From the NCBI RefSeq assembly GCF_009914755.1, contig NC_060936.1: DNA of 64,000 nt; one strand, 5' to 3'. The notes under the pieces were generated by a model, which saw nothing but the letters and a program-made list of their open reading frames with translations, ran no database searches and was not told where the DNA came from. A program made the position numbers and the translations under genes. Every line of letters begins with the position of its first letter. Position 1 is the first letter of the stretch. This DNA comes from the human T2T-CHM13v2.0 reference genome, Homo sapiens. Below, piece after piece: positions 29,318-39,872 of the stretch.

Positions 29318-30877
29318 ATTCTCAGCTTCTTCACTTGTGAAATAGAGGTAGTAAAAGTAGCTACTTCATAAAAATTTTGTAAGGATTAATTGACATCAAA
29401 TGTAAGGGCGCATGGTAAGCATGCAAGTGTTTGTGTTATTATATGTTCATGCATATACAACACACATATAAATTTATTTTTAAAATAATACATGATGTGT
29501 CAAAAATTCAAACAAGCGCCATTTGTAAATGACAGAAGTAACCAAGGAATTGGATTCCAGCAGAGTAAGATGAGTTTTCACTTTTATCTTTACAGGTTTC
29601 CTTTTCAATTGAATTTACCATAATAAATACCACGTAATTGATATATTTACAAATAAGAGAATGTTAAATTACTTCTGAGATGCTGTAACTGATATATTGA
29701 TATATTTACAAATAAGACTGATATATTTACAAATTGTAATTGTAATGTTATAATTGATATAATTGTGTAATTGATACATTTGTGTAATGGATATATTTAC
29801 AAATAAGAAAATGTTAAATTACTTCTGAGATGCTCTACCAAATTCAATAAGACAAAAAGTACTCACTCCTGAGGCACTGAATTTTAAACACAATATAATT
29901 AACTATGTAAAACCATGTGCCTATGGATAAGAACCACAAGATGGCAAACAAATAGGAAAATAGTTGTTTTTAGGCAGGAGGAGAGATTGTGGTCATACCC
30001 CATAATTTTTATATATGGCTGTGGCATTGTCTTTTCAAAAGTCTCTTTTGGGGACCACAATAGGTACTATCACAGATTTTCACAATTTCTCAGAGCACTG
30101 TCAGATGGAACTTAGCTACGTTCCACTGCTTTCCATCTTTTGACACCTACTTCAAGTTTCAACTCAACCAGAGGCTCTCCAAACTCCTAAACCTGCCTGT
30201 TTTCTCCCTTCTGACTACAGGAGCTTCTTACACCACTGAGTGGCAGGCCAGGCCCACTGAGCTGCCCTCATGTCCTCTCTCAGGCCCAACAGCTCCTCTG
30301 AGATCAGAGAGTTCCACCACTAGACTTTCCAGGAGTAGTATATGGACCAATCACACGGCTGTCCTTTGCAGAGATGGGGATCAACATAAGGCTTCAGAAA
30401 GATAAGTAACTTTGAGAACTACCGATCCCCTTATTGGGCAGTATATCTAACCTATCACATGATACTGTCTATATTATTATATAGTTTTATCAAACTTTTT
30501 ATGAGCTTCCACGGGGTGTGGAAGCTTCTGAGGTGCACAGACTGTGTCTTATTCAGTATTTATCAATACTCCCTGTTATTGCCTACCTACCACAGTGTCT
30601 TGCACACAACAGACCATCAAGATCTGGCTGCTGATTTATCTGTTATATACACAAAACTGCTTTGTGATATAGACAGAATTCCTATATTTGTTTCTGTTTT
30701 ATTTAAGTGAGAAACTGAGGCACAGAACAACCAATTGAGGTTATGGACTCATTAGTACCACACAGCGAGGAGAGCACAGACTGACTAATGTAGGCCAATT
30801 ACCCTCTACCACACCTCGTGCGGCTTCCTACTACTTGACAAAGTTGGGGCAAGCAGCTTGTGAAGACACTTCCCTAG

Positions 30878-31213
<336 letters not shown>

Positions 31214-32228
31214 AATAACTGGTTTTAATAAGGTCCAAAATTAACCACCAGGTCATCTGTAGTGAGGAACAACAGTAGAGCATGGTGGTTTGAACAGAGC
31301 CTCCTCTAACCCTTTAGTCCCTTTATGTTAATTCAAAAAATCCAGGCAGATGTAGGCCTGCAACAGAAAACTCAATCTGGCAAACAGAGTTTATGCTGCA
31401 TTTCAGCCGCCACTATCCCTTTTGGCCAGACGCCTTTGTACAGTGAACTCTATGCACAACTGTACATGGTATTTTTAGGTTAAAGAGAACACAAACTCCA
31501 GAGTTAAGCTGTCTAAGGTGGGAGCCTACCTCCAAAACCTCTTTACTACATGATATAGGACCTACGTTCAGTTTCTTCTTTTTCCATTTAGAAAACGGGG
31601 ATTATTATAGTGTGTATTTCACATGACAATTATAAGGAGGGTTAAATAGGAAACTCCTAGTGCCTTATGATATTATTTGTAATAAGTAGGCCAAACTTTA
31701 AATGGAGTATTATACAACTCCAAAAGCTAGAAAGTCCCATTCACAATTATATGAAACCTCAATGAACAAGAAAGGTATGTAAGTGTTGCAAATGTGAAAT
31801 TGCTTAATTGGACTTGACATAAACCCAAATAACAAAATCATGAAACCCATTAGGAAGTATTCATGAGTCACTCATTCATGGTTTGATTTTTGGATTGGAA
31901 GTGAAAAGAAAGATAGTAAAAGTGGTTCCTACTTTTTGAAGAATTATTTACCTGTTTCTCTGAACACAGAGGAAACGATTTATATAATGTAATTACCACA
32001 TCCTTAGCATCTCTCTTCATTAGAAAATAAAGTACTAGAATGGCAAAAACCTAGACCTCTCAGCAAATGGACCTATTTCCAATAGGAAATGGGACATACA
32101 TCTCCACCCACTAAAAAATTATGAAAAGCATTTCAAGAACACCTCAGGCTCCAGTACCATGCCTGGTATAAGAAATATTTGCTAAATAAATGGATTCCAT
32201 TGTGTGCCTTAAGAAATCAGAAGCAGTT

Positions 32229-32278
32229 GCCTACGGCCCACCACCCTGAACACAACTGATTTCATCTGATCTCAGAAG
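32229..32278 (+). pseudogene. 5S rRNA 5' fragment (~50 nt), tailless retropseudogene with 17-bp TSD
   Basis: GCCTACGGCCCACCACCCTGAACACAACTGATTTCATCTGATCTCAGAAG versus 5S GTCTACGGCCATACCACCCTGAACGCGCCCGATCTCGTCTGATCTCGGAAG; several differences are CpG transitions. Flanks are AAGAAATCAGAAGCAGT (32211-27) and AAGAAATCAGAGGCAGT (32276-92). Confidence 0.88.
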
Positions 32279-32316
32279 AAATCAGAGGCAGTAGACATCT
32301 TCCTGCTTATTAGTAC

Positions 32317-32504
32317 CTGTGATTCCTTTAGTCCCAAGTTGATGGCAAGTTTCTTTCGGTCTGTTTTGCTGATATATTTCTGTTTCTGAAACATTTTCTC
32401 CAGAGCCTTTCTCTGGTCCTCAGAAAAGACAGCTCTTCTTAAAATGCCCCTCCGAGCTTTGGAATTAGAGTCCTGTGTCAGGAGAGGCAGCATGCTCTCT
32501 TCTC
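32317..32504 (-). CDS. DBX2: DBX2 coding exon 3 (188 nt; homeodomain N-terminal arm, helices 1-2)
   Basis: Acceptor tttccctcgactctag|GA and donor CAG|GTACTA. Encodes REESMLPLL...LGLKESQ. Confidence 0.96.
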
Positions 32505-32668
32505 CTAGAGTCGAGGGAAAAAGATACAAAAGCCCAGTTAGCTTTAGAAAGAAGTCAGTCTTTCCTAGGACAATATGGTATCCTCCTACTTTGTACTATG
32601 GCCAAATGACCTCATTTCAACTCTGCTCACTTAAAGCAGTACTTCCTAACTTCTTTTTGGCTATGGAC

Positions 32669-33012
32669 TCTCATCTTGAATTGTAATCCCCATGTGCTGA
32701 GGGAGGGACCTCGTGGGAGGTAATTGAATCATGGGGGTGGTTCCCCCATGCTGTTCTCATGAAAGTGAATGAGGTCTCACGAGATCTGATGGTTTTGTGA
32801 GGGGCTTTTCCCCACTTTGCTCTGCACTTCTCATTCTTCTCCTTCCTGCTGCCATGTGAAGAAGGACATGCTTGCTTCCCCTTCTCCCACGATTGTCAGT
32901 TTCCTAAGGCCTCCCAGCCATGCTGAACTGTGAGTCAATTAAACCTCTTTCTTTTATAAACTACCCAGTCTCGGGTATGTCTTAATTAGCAGCATGAGAA
33001 CAGACTAATACA
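32669..33012 (+). mobile_element. THE1-type MaLR solo LTR lacking its first ~30 bp, inserted in a hAT MITE
   Basis: TCTCATCTTGAATTGTAATCCCCATGTG..GGAGGTAATTGAATCATGGGG..GAGTCAATTAAACCTCTTT..GAACAGACTAATACA, with GACTC on both flanks. Confidence 0.88.
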
Positions 33013-33636
33013 GACTCCTCTGAGAATCTGATAAATACTCTTTGCTCCCCATTGTAGGGGAAATGTACATTTGCTTGTCCTCCCAATTTGCATGCCACAT
33101 CAAGGCCCAAGGCCCAAGGTCCCAGGTTACAAAGCCCCGATACGGATTAAGTAGTAGGTGGTTTAAATACTTCATTTTTCTCTAATTCTTCATTTGTTTA
33201 TTTATTCATTTTTTCAACAAAATTTTGAACACTTACTATATGCCAGACACTCTGCTCAATATTACACATTGAGAAATAAGACAGGTATGTTTAATTGCTC
33301 TCATTACCTGTAAGATATGGTGGAAGGGCATTTATTGAACTAGCATCACAAATGTGTTGTATTCCTAAGGAGGGAGATTTGGGAACACAAAACAAGGGGT
33401 CTGACATAAACCTGGGATAGGGAAAGCTTGCAAAAGTCAGAGATGTTTAATCTGAGAAGAGAAGAGAGAACTGAAGGGCTCTCAGTTACTCCCCTACAAT
33501 TCCATTGATCATCAACCCCTTGAGGTAAGAGACATTTGCTACTCTTTCTGCCTTTTTGTGCCTAGCACAATACTGGTTCCCATGCTCTGAGAGTTTACAG
33601 GCTTTCATAGTTCATTCACTCATTCTGCTTCCCAGG

Positions 33637-34131
33637 TGTGGCAGGCAGAGTAATGGCTCTCAGAGATGTCCATGTCCTAATCCCCAGAACCTGTGAATAT
33701 GTTATGTTACATGGCAAGGGGAACTAAGGTTGCAAATAGATTAAAGTTGCTAATCAACTGACCTTGAGATGAAGAGCGTATCTTGTATTACCCAGGTGGG
33801 CCCAAAGTAATCATAAGATTCCTTATAATTGGAAGAGGGAGGCAAATTAGGAGGTCCTAGTCAGAGAGAGATTTCAAGATGCTACTTTCTTGCTTTGAGG
33901 TTGGAGGAAGAGGCCAGAAGCCAAGGAATGCAGGCAGCCTCAAGAAGCTGGAAAAGACAAGGAAACAGATTCTCCCCAGAGCCTACACAAAGAACACACC
34001 CCTGCTTGATTTTAGCCCTATGAGACCCATTTCAGGGTCTGACCTCTATAACTATAAAATAATAAGTACCTGTTGCTTTAAGACACTCAGTTCATGGTAA
34101 TTTGTTACAGCAACAATAGAAAACTAATACA
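33637..34131 (+). mobile_element. MLT1D-like solo LTR
   Basis: TGTGGCAGGCAG..CCTAATCCCCAGAACCTGTGAATATG..GCCAAGGAATGCAGGCAGCCTC..AAACTAATACA. Confidence 0.85.
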
Positions 34132-34604
34132 CTGGGTATCAGGCTCACTGAGCCAATTGCTGAAGAAACCAGACAAAGAGCACATAGTTCCCACCCTAAA
34201 GGAGCTCACCTTCTTATGGGAGGGGTGATCCATGAACATTCACTCTGTAACATAGCACCAGGAAGGCAGCTACTATGTAACATAGCACCAGAAAGGCAGC
34301 TACTATGCATTCTGGTGCTTAATAATTATTTACTGAATAAACAAGTAAATGAATGTCATAAGTACTAGAATAGAAAGATCTGCAAAGTGCACTGGCATCA
34401 CAAAGGAGGAAATGATGAGTTCGGAGAAAACAGTCAGGTTGAGTCAAGTATAAAAGAACAATACCGTTTAAGAGAGAAAGAACCAAAGCCAATTCAAACA
34501 GTTACTAGTATGTCTGAAAGCCCAAGGAATAAAGTCTATCCAAGGAAAAGTAAGCAGTCATCAAGGCTGGGGAAAGGCATAAAGCAGAGGCTGCATGAGG
34601 GCAA

Positions 34605-34860
34605 CCATATCCAGCCTGCAAATGGGCTTTTTTTGGTCTTAGCATGTTGGTTAAGAATTCTGATTTAGTTGTCCACATTTAAAAAGCGGGAAGTTTCACA
34701 TAAAGTCCAGATTTCTGACACCTCTTCAAAGGTAACCACACTGGGCTCAGAGTGAGTAGCAGGTGCCTCTTTTTTAGATGGAACATGTGGCTCCAGTCTG
34801 CCACAGCCTTGCTTAGCTTGCTTTTTACCTGCCAGGCCTTTGAAGATATTTGGACCTCTA
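34605..34860. mobile_element. hAT MITE (MER102-like)
   Basis: TTTCACATAAAGTCCAGATTTCTG..CCACACTGGGC..TTTAGATGG..TCCAGTCTGCCACAG pattern. Confidence 0.5.
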
Positions 34861-34964
34861 AAGTGGAATGGAGTCAGTTAATAGAGAACTGCAAGGGTTT
34901 GGGTAGGTAACAAAGATCAATAGAAGCAGGGCAGGACATAATAATAAACATACACTGAACACCA

Positions 34965-35170
34965 CTGTTAATGCTTACTTTGTGTTAAGCCACTGACATG
35001 CATTATTTCATTTAATTCTCACATTGAATCTATGGCATGAATGCTACTATTACTCTCTCCATTTTACAGAAATAAAATGAAACTTAGGAAGGTTAAGTAA
35101 CTTTGTTCAAGGTCACAAAGCTAGGGTAAAGCTAGGGTTTCAAACCCAGGAGACAGATACCACAACAAAT
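34965..35170 (-). mobile_element. MIR
   Basis: TTTCATTTAATTCTCAC..CCATTTTACAGA..GGTTAAGTAACTT..CAAGGTCACA. Confidence 0.7.
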
Positions 35171-38100
35171 GTACTAACCCTACACAATACTGGCATAAAC
35201 TGATTTGTATTTTAGAAGGAAAAAGTCAACAAATCTTGGCTTCTACAATGTGATAGCTTCCTTTTCTATTTGTCTAAAAGATTACAAACATCTCCTGGCT
35301 AAGCCCTGGGTTACATCTCATTACAATTCATTCTCACTCTGCAAAACGAACGAATAACTTCTCCCTCTTTCCTTCCAGCTCTGTAACTCTGTATCTCCTT
35401 TGAATTGCCATAAACCTGAGATGTCATCAAGCCCAATTCTCTATGAAGGTCTACTTTCATTGATGCCCTTCCATTCATCTTCACATAGGATGTTGGTTAT
35501 TTCCCCTTTTACATCATTAATTATTTTTGCCTGTCTCATGCCAAGATCATATCTTGAAGTCAGACTTTGACAACTAGATTCACTATTCTTTATCAGGGAT
35601 TTAAGCAGTTTTATGAAATATTGGTCAATAATAAAAATATTCTGAATATCTCAATATGTGCATCTTTTTACTAAGTGCGTTTCTTCTCTGAACATTCCTT
35701 GGTTTGGATATCAGCCCTTACATGCATGACTTAAGGCAAGTTATTTGGTCTCTTCCAGCTGATTTTATAAGGCTGCTCCCAAGATTCAACGAAATAAGAT
35801 AACAAAATTTCAGTGCTTAGCTCACATTAAGGATCCCACAAATCTACTTCACTTCCCATTGTTGTATTTTATTTGATCTTTACAAGAATCATATGCCACA
35901 GATATCCCTCACTATAGATGAAGACGTGTTCAGAGCAGTCAAGGTCCAAAGACACGCAAAGGACTTAGAGCAAAGCTGGCACCAAGACCTTCTGAATTCA
36001 AATTAGTGGCTCTTTCCTCTGCATTCTGGCATGCTTAATTTGTAAATGTATCCAATATACAATTATTACAGCAATAAGTATTAAAAATTAGGAGAAAAAA
36101 TAAATATCCACTGGTAAAGAAATGCATATGTAAATTCACTTGGTAAAATTTTAGTGAATCATTAAAGATGAGGACGATGAAGATTAGGCAGCAGCAAAGA
36201 AAGTACTTACATTATGATTTTTTAAAGTATGATATTTAAGATATATATTATGTTCACAACTAAGCAAAAATGCAGAGAAAAAAATTGAAAAGACAAAAAC
36301 AAACACAGAATTGTGTTATTGCATTGTAGCATTCTGGACAAATAATTCGTCTCCACTGTCCATGTTTTAAGTTTGGTTCTATTTTCTAATGAAAACAGGC
36401 AAGCATTGTAGCAGCCTTTTTGGGAATAACCAGTCAGTTACTGAGTTGTTGTTGAGTGATAATCAAAGATGAATTCAATCCATCCTTAAGGTGTTCATAG
36501 TCGATAAGAAAAAGTCCAAGAATAATACAGACAGCCACAATACAGTGGGATGAGACTACAGCACAGAAGGCATTAGTGCACCAGATAAGAAGCCGCTGAG
36601 TTAGGATGGTCAGCAAAGTAGGTCCAAGAGAGAGCAGCACCTAGAAGAACAGCAATTCCTCTTGCTGGCAATCGAGGGAAAGGCAGGTAGAGTCGAGGGA
36701 TTAGCATTTGCAGAGGCATGAAGCCAGGTGAAGACAAGTGTGAAACATGGCAGATCTAAGAATCTCACACAACCTAGTGTTTCTGGATTGCAGGGTATGA
36801 CTGGAAAGAACACAGGAGAAAAGCTGGAAACACAGATTAGGGCCAAGGGTGTCTGAAACAAGTTTAGGTTATAACTTGTGAAGGGAAGCCTTGCAAGAAG
36901 GACATAAGCAACCTAGCATTTTAGAAAGGCAAATGTCCTCTGAGTTAATAAAACCTTTTATGTCTATATACAGAGTCTAAAACAAATTTATGGTAATAGA
37001 AAAAATATGTACCCTTTTTTTTCTAAGTAGAATTTGTATAAGTAAGTCCCAAGATTCTATTCGTTTTGGCTCTTCTTCACCAAGATCTACATGTTAAAAT
37101 AAAATAGCGGGGAAATAAAACTCATTTAAATGCCCCTAAAACTTTTAATAGCAACCCATAGGTTTTCCTAATAAGTTGTTTTTAAGTAAAGAAAAAGAAG
37201 ATTCCCATTAAGAGAGTCTACAAATAAATTATTCTCACCACTGTGATATACATTAACATTTGGGGCATCGTGAACCCAAACTAGCCCTTGATCTTGAAAG
37301 GTGAGACCTGGAGTAAGGGTCAAAGGGTTAACTACTGGGCCTGGTCCTCAAGTTTCAGTGCCCTATAACAAACAAGAACTCAACCAATAGACAAGCAAAA
37401 AAATACACCAAAAAGTAAAGAATATTATATTCTTTCCTTCTTTACTAGTTGCCTGGTTTCTCTTAGCACTGGTCCCAATACACAAATCAAGCTTGCTTTC
37501 ATAAAGTGATGCAATGCAGTTCCTACAAGAAGCATATGACAATGCTGCTATTACTAAACCACCATTGATGCTCCTTCCCATGGCTCACCCATGAGTCTTT
37601 TATGGGCAATCTCTGGATCCAACCACAAACACGTTGATGAACCCATACCATTTTCATACCTTCTAAACATACATATAAGCACCTAAATTTTATGTCTCCA
37701 AAACACATGTCCAACTATTCATAAATTTATGACAAATGTCTGACTTTTATGGAGACTTCCAGGTAAACAAAAATAAATAATATAAAAAGAAACAGATATG
37801 GAGAATAAGGCATGTAGCAGAAATGAGGCTTTAAAAGCTGGAGCCACCAATTCAAGGTGCTACAGGCTCTATCAATTCGAGGATATTATTATTATGCAGC
37901 TTCCACATATATTGGGGCTTACATGTGCTGACATATGTGCCAACTACATGCATTATGTCATGTAATCTTTACAACAATCCCTGGAAGAAGAAATTACCAC
38001 CCTCGTTGTTTACAGGAAAAAACTAGGCTCTAGAAAGTTAAGTTGTGCAATTAAAGTCACACATCAAAGCAGAGGGAGGCAAATCAATGCCTTTGTCAAA

Positions 38101-38192
38101 TTACATCAAAGATTGTCAAAGGTACGAGTGGGCAGGGAAAGAAGTGGGAAAGTGGCAAGAGTTACATTAAAATAGCAGAATGACCCAGAATA

Positions 38193-38485
38193 GGCTGGGC
38201 GCAGTGGCTCATGCCTGTAATCCCAGCACTTTGGGAGGCGGAGGTGGGCAGATTGCCTGAGGTCAGGAGTTTGAGACCAGCCTGGCCAACACGGTGAAAC
38301 CGTCTCTACTAAAAATACCAAAATTAGCCAGGTGTGGCGGTGCGTGCCCGTAATCCCAGCTACTCAGGAGGCTGAAGCAGGAATAAGTGCTTGAACCTGG
38401 GAGGCACAGGTTGTAGCAAGCCGAGATCATGCCACTGCACTCCAGGCTAGACGGCAGAGCAAGACTCCATCTTAAAAAAAAATAA

Positions 38486-38522
<37 letters not shown>

Positions 38523-38528
38523 AAATAA
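38193..38528 (+). mobile_element. AluSx-type element with (AAAT)n tail in intron 2
   Basis: Full dimer. Diverged TSD AGAATGACCCAGAATA (38177-92) and AGAATGACCTGGGATA (38529-44). Confidence 0.92.
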
Positions 38529-39793
38529 AGAATGACCTGGGATAGAAAACTTTTCAAAGTCATGATTCCCTGGATTCCCTGGATTCCAGGATCCCCTGGA
38601 TCCTGATATGCTCCCTAATTGCCGTCTTCCCCAGCAGCCCTGTATGAAGGGCCCAGTGAAGGGCGCTACAAATGGAGGTACACTGTGTGTTCATGATATT
38701 GTTAAGGAGGGGAGGTTGGGGGAGACAGAGAAACACAGCATTGGACAATCTAGTGATCATCATCGCCTCTCCCTATTGCCTCAACTTCTGGAAATCATGA
38801 CTTAACTCTGAAGACAGGGCAATGGTGTTTGTAGCAGCCAGCAAGCACTACCAAAGACAGACCTTATCCAGTCACTTTCTAAACATCAGACCAAGAGCAA
38901 ATAGCTGCAGCTCTGGCCTGTCTATCTACACCACTGCAATTCAAAAGCATCTGATACTGTGAACAGCTTGCCAGTAATGTGTGTGATGTTTAGACTCACC
39001 AATAACTCATGTTAATCTCTGGATCATTGATACCACTCGGGGACACTTCCTTTGTCCCATATCCTTTCACCTATTGCTTCGAGAAGCTCTATAAAGGCTT
39101 CTGGATCATGCATGTCCAGTGCTACTCTTTGCCCCAGGATAGCTTCCAGCACCTGCCATGGCACTGGCCTTCTCTCTGTTTCCTGTTCTGTTCCAGCCTT
39201 TGCTCGCAACCTGGGCTACCCTGAGGTAGGCCAAGGCGTGCTATATAAAGGTGACTTCTAACAAGCCATGTTGTTTAAGGTTTGCTTTCTAAGTTTACAG
39301 TTTTTCCATATTAAAAACTAATTCATAACTCAGTATCCCCCAACTTTGTAAGGAAAATGATAGCGTAAGTCTATGAAGCACCACTGAATCTAAACCTCTC
39401 AAGGCTTTTAGTAAAAAATATCATTATTTCAGGATAACTCAAGCCAGGGGCTACCAATAACACTTTCAGAAACAGAATTCTTTCATCCTTTTATATAGAT
39501 TCAATAGCTTCTCAGAACTGAAAGGGATAAGAGGTCATTTGTTTAATCCAGGCCTCTCCAACAGGCTAGCTACAACATCATCAGCCTCTATTAACTATTT
39601 CCTCAAAAGTAGCTCATTTCAAACCTTGAGTCTGTGTCTCTCCCTCCTGGAGTCAATTTTCCTCAAATGGGGGATGGTTCTTGTCTGTGGGCTCACCTTT
39701 TCCTGCTGCAATATTCCTCACAGTTGCAACTTCCTACCTCCTATCTTTCAGGGGCTTCTCTTTCATGAAGAGCTTCCTTACCCTTCTTATTTT

Positions 39794-39796
<3 letters not shown>

Positions 39797-39870
<74 letters not shown>
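39797..39870. repeat. Compound microsatellite (GT)17(GA)20
   Basis: Counted directly. Confidence 0.97.

Positions 39871-39872
<2 letters not shown>

Noticed and set aside
37317-37330. GGGTCA-AA-GGGTTA DR2-like retinoic acid element
   Set aside because: A single imperfect match with no supporting context; plausible by chance in 64 kb.
39024-39209. Protein-like ORF MRAKAGTEQ...PEWYQ as a processed pseudogene or microprotein
   Set aside because: It has a non-ATG start, no homology I recognise, no poly(A) or TSD, and is out of frame with DBX2 at the plausible acceptors. A BLASTP/tBLASTn hit would reopen it.
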